Shown piece after piece: positions 1 through 12,000 of a stretch of 60,000 nucleotides of DNA. Position numbers and translations under genes: made by a program. Origin of the DNA: Lama guanicoe (taxonomy: Eukaryota). The notes beneath the pieces were generated by a model. It searched no databases. It was not told where the DNA came from and was given only the letters and a program-made list of their open reading frames with translations. The first letter of the stretch is position 1. Each line of letters begins with the position of its first letter. Location of the stretch: assembly GCA_013239625.1 (NCBI GenBank), contig MU054391.1, positions 436,001-496,000 of the forward strand, given 5' to 3'.

Positions 1-729
1 ATTAAAGTGTAGTCAATTTATAGTGTGTCAATTTCTGGTGTACAGCACACTTCCAGTCATATGTGTACATTCATATATTCGTTTCCATAGTCTTTTTCAT
101 TACGCGATAGTATAAGATATTGAATATAGTTCCCTGTGCTGTACAGAAAGACCTTGTTGTTTATCTTTGTTATATATAGTAGTTAATATTTGCAAATCTT
201 GAACTCCTAAATTTATCCCTTCCCACCCTGCTTCCCCTGGTAACCATAAGTTTGTTTACTATGTCTGGAGTCTGTCTCTGTTTTATAGATAAGTTCATTA
301 GTGTCTTCTTTTTTCTTCTTTAAGATTCCACATGTGAGTGATATTACATGGTATTTTTCTTTCTCTTTCTGGCTCACTTCACTTAGAATGATGATCTCCA
401 GGCCCATCCATGTTGCTGCAAATGGCATTATTTTATCATTTTTATGGCTGAGTAGTATTCCATTGTATAAATACCTCAACTTCTTTATCCAGTCATCTGA
501 TGGACATTTAGGCTGTTTCCATGTCTTGGCTATTGGAAATAGTGCTGCTATGAACATTGCGGCGCATGTGTCTTTTTGAATTAGAGTTCCCTCCAGATAC
601 ATGCCCAGGAGTGGGACTGCTGGATCATAGGATATGTCTATTTTTAGCTTTCTGAGGACTCGCTATACTTTTCTCCCTAGTGGCTGCACCAAACTGCGTT
701 CCCACCAGCAGTGTAGGTGGGTTCCCTTT
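1..729 (-). mobile_element. Young L1 3' end (ORF2 C-terminus + 3'UTR), 5'-truncated
   Basis: ORF 213..602(-) gives MFIAALFPIAKTWKQPKCPS...MPFAATWMGLEIIILSEVSQKEK, the typical L1 ORF2 C-terminus. AT-rich 3'UTR runs toward position 1. Confidence 0.95.
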
Positions 730-1004
730 GAAATGTTGATTATTTACTTAAAACTGCACCAGATGCTTCAGAAAGTGCACAAGCTGTAGAAAACACGGTC
801 TCTGTCTCCTGGGAGAGTACACCCGCCCGGCCGGGAAGGCGTGTCTGAGTGGGGACAGTGCTGTGGGCAGAGCACGGGTGGACACTCAGTACGAAGGGCC
901 TGGGTGTACTACGGGAGCCCGGAGGAGACGGGCTTTGAAGCTGCAGGTCCTGTGCAGACGGCCTGAGGAAGGGCAGCGAGGCTGGATTCAGGTGTGTGTT
1001 GGTG

Positions 1005-1290
1005 GACGCACCCATGTCCCAACCCCGGAACCGGTGACTACATTACTGTACACAGCACAGCAGTGTTTGCTGCTGTGATTGAAGGATCTTGAGTTGGGGA
1101 GACCATCCTGGATCTCGGGGTCCTGCAGGGGGGAGGACGGGAGGGCCAGAGTCAGAGGAGGAGACGTGCGGAAGGAGGGAGGTGGGGAGGACTGGGGGTG
1201 AAGCAGTCGGGGATGCAGCCACCTCCCGACAATGACCCCCAGGTGGAGCAGGCCCTCCTGACGCTGGATGTCAGGGCTCCTGTGCAGGCA
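1005..1290. mobile_element. MLT1-type (ERVL-MaLR) LTR fragment
   Basis: TGTGATTGAAGGATCTTGAGTTGGGGAGACCATCCTGGAT...GGGCCAGAGTCAGAGGAGGAGACGTG resembles the MLT1C/D consensus from memory. Confidence 0.65.
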
Positions 1291-1294
1291 GAAG

Positions 1295-3960
1295 AAATTG
1301 TGTGGTTTTATCAGTTTTGACAAGTATAATCATGGAGTCGCCACGGTGATCAAGACACTCCCCATATCCTCCTCTCCTTTGCAGTTAGTCCCCCCGGCCA
1401 CTTCCCAGCCCCGGGACCGGGTTCTGTCCTGCCAGAGGTCCTGTGCGTGGGTCTCGCAGCGAGTGGCTTTCCGGCCCCGGTCAGTCTACCCCAGGTCTCA
1501 TCAGCCTCGCCTGGGAGCTCGCATGTATCGGGTTCATTGTTCATCACCTGGCATGTCCCCTCGAAGGAATGTGTCTCACCAGCTGACGGACGTGCAGTTG
1601 CCTCCAGGTTGGAGCAGCTGTGAACACATAATAACATAACAGAGCAGCTGCGGGTGTTCAGAGACAGGGTTTCTGTACTCGCACACTTCCCTTGGTCTTG
1701 AGCAAACTCGTAGGAGCCTGATGGCTGGTCTCACATTCCGTGCACCTGTAACTTCACAAGGGAAACTCCAGGTCGTTTTCCACAGGGCTGTGCTCCTTGG
1801 TCCCCAGCGACGCATGGATGCCGGTCCTGTTGCTGTGTCCTGGCCCTGGTACCCGTACCCCGCACCTGTACGCCCAGTCCCCCAGGTGTACGTGCGGCTG
1901 CAGCTGCGGGTTTCGTCCTGGCCCCGGGTGAACGGTGGCTTCAGACAGCTTTTCAGTGTACATTTTCCACATGGGCAACTTCCTTCATGAGGCACGTTCG
2001 GGTGTTTGCCCTTTTTGTGCTGGGTTTTCTTTTATGTTTAAGTTGGAAGATCTCTTTTCATATTCTGTTTGAAAATCTTTTATTTGATTGTCTTTTACTC
2101 ATCTTTTATTGGTTTTTTTCCCCTTTAATACTGAGTTGTAGGAGTTGTCTGTTCATTCTAGATGCAGCTCCTTTATCAGACTTTGATTTTACAGAATTTT
2201 ATTCCAGTGTCGACCTAATCTTTTCAGTTCCTTAACTATGCCTTTCACAGAGCACACACTTTAACTTTGATGAAACCCAGTGCGTCAATTTCTTTCTTTC
2301 TTTTCTTTTTTTCCTTTTCTCCTTCCTTCCTTCCTCTCTTCCTTCTCTGGGCTCTCTTTTTAGTGTCCTGTCTAAGAAATATTTGCCTCACCTAATGTCA
2401 TAAAATTTTCTGTGTTGTCCTTGAAGTTTTACAGGTTGGATTACTGCACTTAAGTCTGGGATCCAGTGAGCGCACTTTGTGTATAATCAGTGAAGTGTGG
2501 ACGGGGGTTCTTTTTTCGCATCTAGCTCTCCAGTTGTTCAAGCTGCGTTTTTTGAAAAGCCTGCCCGCTCCTCATTGGATTTCTTTGCCACCTTCTTGGC
2601 CGTCTCCCAGGCGGGTCTGCGGGTGTGCTTCCGGGCTCCGTCTCCCTTGTCTGCACATGTCTCCTGATGCCAGTGCCACATCCACCCAGTGCTGTAGCTT
2701 TACAGAAAGCCTGGACATCGCTTGGTGTGAATTATTCAAATTTGTCCTTCATTTTCAGTACTGTTTTGGGTTTTTTAGATCTTTTGCCCTTCTATATAAG
2801 TGTAGAATCACTTGCCCCATTTCTACAAAAAAAGCCTGCTGGAATTTTAATTGAGATTTTTTTGAAAGTATACTTCAGTCTAGGGAAAAATCATGTCTTA
2901 AAAATACTGCGTTTTCCAACTAAGAACATGACGTATGAACAGAAAATCATTGTTATTTAGATTTTTCAAATTCTGCCAGCAATGCTTTACAATATTATGT
3001 CTATTCTATATACTTCAAACTATCGTAATATTTTTTGAAATTTCAGTTTACAAACTTTTCTTATTTTAGCATCTAGAAATAGAGCTGATTTTTGTACATT
3101 TCCCTTCGATCCTGTGACCCTTTTAAATCTGCTGATTAGTTTTTGTGACTTTACTTTTTGACTTCTGGGGGATTTTCTAGGTAGGCAGTATGTTATCCAT
3201 GACAGAGACAGTCTTAGTTCTTCTTTCTTTGCCAAGAGATGATTTTTTTGTTCTTTTTTCTTCCATATTGCAATGCTGGAGGCTCCAAGAAAATGTTGGG
3301 ATGAAGTGATGGGAAGTCGACACTTTGTCTTTGAACTTGGGGATAAATACTGGTTGTTTTCACCATTAGTTATCACGTCAACTGCACAGACTTCATCCGT
3401 CTGGGGAGGTTCCTCTTCCATTCCTGGTTCGCTGAGGGGTTTGGTCTTCAATGTGTTGAATTTAGTGGAAGACCGGTCTCACTTCCCTTGAGCTGTTCGT
3501 CTGGTGCGCTGCATTGATGTTCAGATGTTTGTGGAGCCTGGCAATGATGGTGTGAGTCCCAGGGGACGTCAGGTGTGCTCTTCCTGCAGCTGCTGGCGCT
3601 GGCTTGGCGGTGCTTTGTTATGGATAGTCGCAGCTGTGCTTACGAGGGAGGTAAAGCTAATTTTCTCTCTTCTAGTGTATTCGTCTGGTTTTGGTATCAG
3701 TAATTCCAGCATCATAAGAAAAGTGGGAACATGTTTTCTCCTCTGTTGTGTTCTGGGAGGTTTTGAAAGAGTTTACCAGTAAAGCCACCGGGGCCTGGAA
3801 CTTTCTCTGCAGAAGAGACACAGCTCCTGCAACAGGGCCATTTGGGTCACCTGTTACTGAGTGAGTTTTGGTACTTTTCCTCTTTTAACAAGTTTCTCTA
3901 TTTCACCCATGTTGTCCAATCCAACAGCACAAGGCTGTTCCCGACATTCTCCTATCTCGC
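1295..3960 (-). mobile_element. Ancient L1M-type element, degenerate 3'UTR + ORF2
   Basis: Collinear series of antisense L1 motifs: GAGTTGTAGGAGTTGTCTGTTCATTCTAGATGCAGCTCCTTTATCAGA, GCTGGAATTTTAATTGAGATT, GCTGATTTTTGTACATT, TCTGGTTTTGGTATCAG. Boundaries are approximate. Confidence 0.75.
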
Positions 3961-3984
3961 AGATCTCCGGTGCTTCAGTTGTAC

Positions 3985-4260
3985 CCCATCCGCAAACCCT
4001 CAAGAAAGAGTTATGAACTTAAAAAGCCAAAAACTGAAATAAAAGTAAATAATAAAAGTACTGAATCTAAAAGACAGGAAAACAAGGAAGAAGACGGATG
4101 GAACTAAAGATAATCACTGAGCCACAGGGTGACAACATCACACGCGGTGTTAATGGCTCCAGCACCTGGATTAAGAAGAGAGTGACAGGTTGGATGAAAG
4201 GCGAGGCTAGCTCCTGCTGCTTTAGGCCGTTATTCACGAGGGAGATTAGAGATGAGAACG
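3985..4260 (+). mobile_element. Ancient L1 ORF2 start (endonuclease N-terminus) fragment
   Basis: ORF 4098..4337 ITRGVNGSSTWIKKRVTGWMKGEASSCCF resembles L1 EN ITLNVNGLNAPIKRxRLxxWIKKQDPTICCL, preceded by an A-rich spacer. Confidence 0.6.
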
Positions 4261-6049
4261 TCGAATCGCCATCTCACGGCGCCCTTCATTTCTGCATGGG
4301 TCCCCATCTTCACCGGTGGCACATCCTTCCCGCGTGAGCCGTGCCTGGCGGGGCTCGTGCTTTTGTGCGGCTCACACAACGCCGCCTTCACTCAGTGTCC
4401 TGGGGCGGCCGCTCCGGCCCCTTCCTGTGCTTTGAGGATGCGGCTGGCCTGTCACTTTGTGGGGGATGCGCAATGACCCTCGTCTTGGCCCCTCCAGGTG
4501 GTGGTTCTCATTTCTCTGGTCGCTTCCTGGGCCTTGTGCCCGTGGTCTCAGCAGTGTGACTGCGTGTCTGGGGATGCTCTGTTCTGTTCCCCCCGGGAAC
4601 CCCCCTCAGATCACCCGTTTCTCAGGCTGACGTGTTGGTGTGTGGACAGCCCTAGAGAAGGGCTCCTTAACCCCTGTTACAGAGTTGCCCTCGAATTTCC
4701 AGCAGACTGGTTTTTGTAATTCCAGGATTTCTGCTGAAATTCTGTTCGGGACGCGTCCACTGTCACCGGGGCCTTTACTGACGTGCAGATCCGAGCACTT
4801 TAAGACCCAGTCTACACCCTCATGCCCACGTCTGTGGGGCTGCCCACTGGTGGCTGCTGGGGTGACAACGGCTGGTTTAAACCCCTTGCTTCTGTCGTGG
4901 AAGGGCAGCCTTTCTCACCCACCGCTGGGAGAAGCGGGAGGCTCTGGTGGGGGTGAGGGTGTTTGGCCCTGGGCTTCGTTGACCCCAAGGTCACCTCCCA
5001 TCGCAGAGACCTGCCGGCGGCCCCGTGGTGGCCTAGCCTGCAGCAGGTGAGAGGCCTGGCAGGCCGAGGCCTCCTGTGTCCTCCCTCCCAGCCCAGCTCG
5101 CTCTGCACAGGCCCCCTCACCTGCTGGCCCTCTGTTGGTCTGCTGCCTCCTCCTGTTCCTTCCGGAACTTTCTGGAGGGGGCTTCCCTCTGGCCTCCTTC
5201 ACTGGGTCTGCCCGAGGCCCTGCATCCCCGAACCGTGGCGGTGGGGTCTCTCGGTGCTGGTGCCCCTCTCCCCAGGGGCAGCCAGCCTGGCCCCGGTTTG
5301 GGGGTTCCTGCTTCCCCCGGGGCCATGGCTTTCCCTGGGACTGGGGGCGCGGGAGGTTTACCTGCCCCGTCACCTGCGGCGGATGGAGCTGCTTCATGTG
5401 AGAGGAGGGAGACAAGGGGTCCTCCTTCGTGGACCACAGCTAGAGGGGCTCCTCCTGGGGCTCGGGAAAGACCTGCAGGGCACCCATCTGCCCCCCACCC
5501 CGTGCCACCACGCCACTCAGCTTTACGTCCCTGTCGACATTTCCGACTTTTGTTTTTTCCCGGTTTCATTGCTACCATCATTCCTCCTGTTTTTTGCCAA
5601 AGGCAGCAAGCTGATGGGTTCGCCTGCCCTCGGTGGGGGCTTCTCATCCGTGTTCTGTCCACATGGCCCCTCCCAGCCTCAGCTTTGGGCCGGGCCAGCA
5701 CCTGTGCTTGCGTCTCTGCCTCCGATCAGCGGGGCTCTGCCACGCCGGTCTTGGTGACGCACTGAGCATCTCTCCTCGGTCGCTTCCACACATTGTTGAT
5801 TTTCGTGTGCGTGTTTTTACTGAAATTGAAGACAGCACACATAACTAAAATAAATCCAATAAAACTGGTGGACAGTAGTAACTCGTTTTATAGTGTTATT
5901 ATTTTGGAAATGTCATCCACAGTCCGAGGAAAAAGTTGGTGCACTTTTCCTAATAATAAACTTGATGAATTTTGTGTGTCTTTTAGAGATACCAGTAGAT
6001 TGAACGTATTTTCCAGCATAGAAGTGACTAATTAGGAAACCTGCTTTTT

Positions 6050-7512
6050 TATACCATCTTAATTATTTTTTATTTTTAAAAATTTTTATTGAAGTATAGT
6101 CAGTTTACAATGTGTTAATTTCTGGTGTACAGCATAGTGATTCAGTTATTCATACATTATTTTTGTATTTTTTTTCACTATAGGTTACTATAAGACATTG
6201 AATATAGTTCTCTGTGCTCTGTAGTAGGTCCTTGTTTATTTTATATGTAGTAGTTGGTATCTGAAAATCTCAGGCTCCTAATTTATCCCTCCCTCCTTCC
6301 CCACCTGGTAACCATAAGTTTGTTTTCTATGTCTGTGAGTTTGTTTCTGTTTTGTAAATAAGTTCACTTGTGTCATTTTTTAAGATTCCACATAATAAGT
6401 GATATCAGATGATCTTTGTTGTTCTTTCTGGCTTACTTCACTTACAAAGACAATCTCCAGGTCCATCCATGTTGCTGCAAATGGCATTATGTTGTCATTT
6501 TATGGCTGAGTAGTATTCCATTGCATATATATACCGCATCTTTTTTTTTAACCTTTTTTATTGATTTATAATCATTTTACAATGTTGTGTCAAATTCCAG
6601 TGTAGAGCACAATTTTTCAATTATAGATGAACATATATATATATTCATTGTCACATTTCTTTCTCTGTGAGCTACCATAAGATCTTGTATATATTCCCTG
6701 TGCTATACAGTATAATCTTGTTTATCTATTCTACAATTTTGAAATCCCAGTCTGTCTCTTCCCACCCCCCACCCACTTGGCAACCACAAGTCTGTATTCT
6801 ATGTCTATGAGTCTATTTCTGTTCTGTATTTATGCTTTGTTTGTTTGTTTGTTTGTTTGTTTTTAAGATTCCACTTACGAGTGATCTCATATGGTATTTT
6901 TCTCTTTCTGGCTTACTTCACTTAGAATGACATTCTCCAGGAACATCCATGTTGCTGCAAATGGCGTTATGTTGTCGGTTTTTATGGCTGAGTAGTATTC
7001 CATTGTATAAATATACCACATCTTTACCCAGTCATCTGTTGATGGACATTTAGGTTGTTTCTCTGTCTTGGCTGTTGTAAACAGTGCTGCTGTGAACATT
7101 GGGGTTCAGGTTTCTTTTTGAATTATATTTTTCTCCAGATATATGCCCAGGAGTGGGATTGCTGGATCATATGGTAAGTCTATTTTTAATCTTTTGAAGA
7201 ATCTCCATTCTGTTTTCCACAATGGCTGCACCAAGCTGCATTCCCACCAGCAGTGTTGGGGGGTTCCCTTTTCTCCACACCCTCTCCAGCATTTGTTTGT
7301 GGACTTTTAAATGATGGCCATTCTGACTGTTGTGAGGTGATACCTCATTGTAAGTTTTGATTTTCATTTCTCTGATAATTAATGATATTGAGCATTTTTT
7401 CACATGCCTATTGGCCATTTGTATGACTTCACTGGAGAAATGTTAGTTTAAGTCTTCTGCCCATTTTTGGATTGAATTGTTTATTTTTTTGTCACTGAGT
7501 TGTATGCAGTGT
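6050..7512 (-). mobile_element. L1 3' end (outer element) with target-site duplication, interrupted by a second L1
   Basis: T-rich tail at the left. ORF2 C-terminal peptides (ORF 7167..7418 [22 protein letters not shown]). Flanked by AAACCTGCTTTT (6037-6048) and AAATCTGCTTTT (7513-7524). Confidence 0.9.
6541..7010 (-). mobile_element. Nested L1 3' end of a different subfamily
   Basis: A new poly-T tail at 6541 is followed by a second, distinct 3'UTR with (TTTG)n and a second copy of the ...FAATWM.LE..ILSEVSQ region (ORF 6887..7099). Confidence 0.88.
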
Positions 7513-10134
7513 AAATCTGCTTTTAAAGTAAAGTCATTGACTTACTTTTGTTTCCGCAGGCTGAAAGAAGGTGTGGATTAATTTCACAAGTGAGATTTGT
7601 ATGCTTTTTCAATTTGTCATAATCACATAATCATTCTCTCTTATTTACTCATTAAGTACTTTCCATTCAAAGACTAGTTAAAAGCCTTCAGGTATGCTGA
7701 TGATGCGTGCCTCTTGGCAGACTGCTGAGAAAACTTGCTCTCAATTTGCATGTTTCTGCTAGTAATCAGATAATTTAACACTAAAGACAGAGAAAACCAG
7801 ATGGCGACTGTATTGTTCCATAGCTTTAGGGAGTACAGCTGAGTCCCCTGGGAGTTTGTTCTAAGTATTAGTATATAATGAATTTCGAGGGTGAATGCCA
7901 ATACCTCAAAGAAGTGATTCAGTTTCCTCAGTCAGGCATGATGTTCAGTACAGTCATGTGCTAACTGGAATTCTCAGGAAGTAGGGAGTGAAGTTATCAT
8001 TTCTATAACATTTGAAAACACAAAACTATGACATTAATTGCAAATTGACAAGGCACAATATAACATTTTTGCCTTAATTTAGCTAGGACTTTTCAGAACA
8101 GTGTTAAATGGTAGTGGTGATAGCTGAAATATTTTATAGTAAGTTTTTTATATCTTTTAATAGAATCATAAGACTTTATTTTTAATTTTTAAAAAAATTT
8201 TATGTTATTTTTTTTATCCTTGGAGCCATTCTGTCATCTTTAGAGAAATACCCGGTCCCTCAGGATGGACATTATGTGTATAAATTAATCAAGATCAATC
8301 CAGTGGTCAAAATCTTTAAAAGGGGGGCTGTTATCATCTGACTGTAAACACATTTGTGCATTATTTATTTTCATAAGGAGTTTTAGGCAAGATTGCTTAT
8401 TCTGTAACTACATTCTCACAGAGTGAATCTGTGAGTTTCTGTTACCAGATTGGAAAAAAATAACAAACAGATGATCACGACAAAAGGCAGCAGCGGCGGC
8501 ACAGCCAATTCTGCACGTGAAACGAACAACGGCGTCTCACAGTGTTTCCTCGGGAAGCTGCCCCATCAAGGAGTCAGGCCGCGGTGCCCCTCGTGAAGCC
8601 CTGGGCTTCCGCCCCTCATCCTCCCACTCACGTCCAGCAGCATCCAAACTGGGCACTGCGCCACCTTCTTTTGTGATAGTGTGAGTTTCCACGTAAATAA
8701 ATTCAGTGTGGTAAAGGTGGGCGTTGCTGGTTTACAAGAGGGTGTCTCTGGACAACTTGTTGTAACATGTCTTAACTGCATGATTGCTTTGACATGTGCA
8801 ACTCAGGTTTGCTTCCTAACAAGTTCACAGAATGTTCAGGTTGATGCCGAGGACCTGCTAGACTCAGGAGCTAAAGTCTGTATTCTTAAAAAAGTTCGAA
8901 GCATGTCCTGCTTTATTTTCAGAGTCAAACATGCCCGACACCCGCCCTGAAATGTCAGGCACACTTGAAACGTTTAGATGCATTAAGTGTTCCTCATTTC
9001 TACCTGCAGATTGTTCTTCCCAGATGACCCCGTATTTTTATGTTTCTTCCCTTTTGCAGAGTGAAATCTTTATCGAAATGCTCATCTTGTCAGTAGGTTC
9101 CTCTTTGCACTCCCACAAGTTCCTGCAAAGTGCGCAGAGCTCATGCGGCCTGGCTGCTGGAAGTGACACCCTTACGTGTAACGAGCGTCTTCACTGCTAC
9201 TTTTGGAGGCAGAGTTGATCCCCATTTAAAATATACAGAGGATTATTTTGACAGCTTCAGCCATGGCGTCTGCGTGACTGACAGCTGAATTCTGCTAATG
9301 ATAAACGAGGATTCATTTACTTTGTTTTGATTATTTTAATGCCTTTTACGACTTTTAATGTGTGTACACATCTCTCTTCCCAACTGTTTCTCTCACAAGT
9401 AGATTTCACTTTAAAATACAGTTTAAGGAAGTAGATACCTATTTTAAATAACATTGAAACACTTTCTGTGTGTCAAATCCAAGTTATTCAAATGCTATGC
9501 AGTTGTGTTAGGATTCTTTTGATCTTTGTGGCTCGTTAGAACAGTCTATTTTTGCAGGAATAGAAATCCTTCAACAGCATGGAGTCCTACCTTTTTTCTC
9601 CTCAAAAAGTGCATCCTAAGTAGGTCATTATTGACAGGCCTTGCTTGTTTCCATTGATGGCTATAAATTCACTGCGATGGCGGAATCAGACATCTGAGCG
9701 GCAGTTACAAGGTCAGTGTCACTGCTGAAAGCTGGGCTCTAAACAAAGTTTAAAATGGAAGATTAAAATACGTCATATGGCATTTCCCTGGACTATGGAA
9801 AAATATAAGCCTGTTTCTCGGCAGCACTGGGCGGCTGTGTCCCCTGGAAGCAGTCTTCCTGGGGGAGGACTGGGTTGGCGTTGAAACCTCCCGCATCCTC
9901 CCTGGACGGCTGGTCAGAGGCACTGACGGCTGACTCCAGGGTCCCTCCTGTCCGTCGTGGGCGGGGCTCGGGACTGAACCATTGGAAGGAGGATGTCAGC
10001 CTTTGAGGAAGGGGGGTGTTTGAGTCAAGGCCCGATTCCCAGCCGGAACCTGCTCCCCGGGACCTGTGCAGACCCCCCTCCTGCCTTTCATTTCCACCCC
10101 CTCTTATTTCCTTCTCATCCTCGGTTTCCAACTG

Positions 10135-10430
10135 GATTGTTCCATTTGGTAATATTTTCTTTAGGATTTTCGCATTGATGTTGACAAGGGAGAATTGACC
10201 AGTAAATTAATTCTATTGCAGCCTCCTTGCTGGATTTGGCGTCCAGCTTAGTTTGAGTTTATAAATGAGTGAAGTGGTGTTCCGTATTTGTTTTTCTGGA
10301 AGAGTTTGTGTCATAGTGTCATCCTTCCGGAGATTTGTGGACTTCCCTGATGCAGCTGTGCAGCCCTGGGCTGTGCTCTGTGAAAGGATTTAGTGACGCG
10401 TTCAGGTTTAAAGTAGGTGTAGTCGTGTTC
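10135..10430 (-). mobile_element. Ancient L1 ORF2 fragment
   Basis: TTTGGTAATATTTTCTTTAGGATTTTCGCATTGATGTTGACAAGGGAGAATTG is antisense to the PISLMNIDAKILNKIL region. Confidence 0.7.
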
Positions 10431-11289
10431 ACAGGACAGCGGTGACGAGCAGGAGACTGGGTGGGTGCAGCTCTTCCAGCAAGACTTCATCTACAGACAC
10501 AGGCCTGGGGCTGCCCCGAGATTAGCGGCGGCTTTCAGCCTTGGCTTTTTAAAAATAAAAAAGTGCATTAAAGATGTACATTTTCTTTGGAGGACTGTTT
10601 CAAAGAATTGTAACCTCATATCCATTCAAAATACATCCTATTTCCACTTGACTTTTCCACCCTGATCCGCGGTCATTTGGAAGTATATCGCTTAACTTTG
10701 AAGGAGAGGAGATTTTATGTTATCATTTCCGGCTCATCTTCCACTGCAGAGTATGTGGGAGGACACAATCTGAGCGATTCTGACCCTTTGAGAGTTTTGA
10801 GGGCTTCTTCCAGGCCAGCAGTAGGTTTGGTTTCAGTCCACACACGTGCACATTTTAAAAACCAGCGTCCTGCAGTCGCCGGTGCCCTCGAGCTTCTGCT
10901 TCTGCTGCTCAGATCAGTGCAGTGCTGATGTGTTCGTGCTTTTTGAAAAATGTAGGTAAACAGATTCATTAATTTTAAACTCTGAAGTCTCCTCGTAAGA
11001 TCCTAGGAACGTATCAAGGATTCTGTTTTCTTCCCAAGGTGAAGATTTTTAAGCAGGAATGTCAATTCTACTGAGCTATTAGAATGACTGATTCTCCCAC
11101 TCCCCTCCCCCACCCTCCACTCCCCTTTCCCCACTCTTCACTCCCCTCCCCACCCCTCCTGCTCCACCCATCCCTCCCTGTCTCCCCAGGACCCCAGTGA
11201 AGCCGTCATAACAGGGGTTTGACGGCATTTTGTTTGGCCTACAGTCCCCGGATCATGAGCTCACCCTCCAGGAAGGTGAGCTTAAATTC

Positions 11290-12000
11290 AGAGACGCGGG
11301 TCCTTCTCCGAGTCTGGGGAATTACATGCCAGTGGTCAGAATCCTCCATTTTCGCGCGGTCTCACGGCGCTTTGAAAAGCCGCGCCCTGCGTTGCGACGG
11401 GAAGCGGACGCCGCTCTGCGGCTGTCGGTGAAGGTCCTTGTCTGCGAGCGCTGTCGGCGCGGCCTGTGCCCACCCTCCGCTGCGCCCGGGAAGCGTCCTG
11501 CGGAGGCCGGTGACGCTCAGCCCTCCGTCCCGAGCCTGCCGGTGGCAGCGGGGCTCCCGGGTCCCCGCCGGCCGCGCCGCGGGACGAGGGGGCGCTGCGG
11601 CCCCGCGGAAGCCCCGCCCCGGAGGCGGCCCGGGCCTGTGACTCTGCCGCCCGCAGCGCCGGGAGCCTCCTCCGGGGGTCCTTGGAGCGCGCCCCCCCCC
11701 CCCCCGGTGCCCGGGGGCCGCGTTTAGCGGGCGCTCTGGCTCTGACCGGGTGCGCGCGGGGAGGCGCCGGGGGCCGCGCGCCCACATCGCCGACTGCGCG
11801 AAGGTTGCTGCGGTGCCGCCGCTCCCTCTAGGAGCGGGAGGCGCGGCGCTGCGCGGTGGTGGTGGTGGCGCAGCCGGGCCCGGGGAGCCCGGGAGCTGGC
11901 CGGGTTCCAGGGCGGCTCCGCCTGCAAATCCTCAGGCGGAGCAGCGCGGCTGACGCCTGCCTCAGCGGGTCCGTCTTCCACGCGGACGCGCAGGCAGTGT
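11290..12000. promoter_or_regulatory. CpG island, probable SNTG2 promoter / first-exon region
   Basis: Densest CpG/GC stretch in the window, 2.7 kb upstream of exon 2. Contains a GC box GCCCCGCCCC (11611-11620), an adjacent CGGAAG ETS core, a CTCF-like GAGGGGGCGC (~11586-11595) and a C14 tract (11692-11705). Confidence 0.75.

Noticed and set aside
4963..5765. Overlapping 264/229/194-aa ORFs
   Set aside because: Low-complexity GC-rich ORFs on both strands with no protein family signal.
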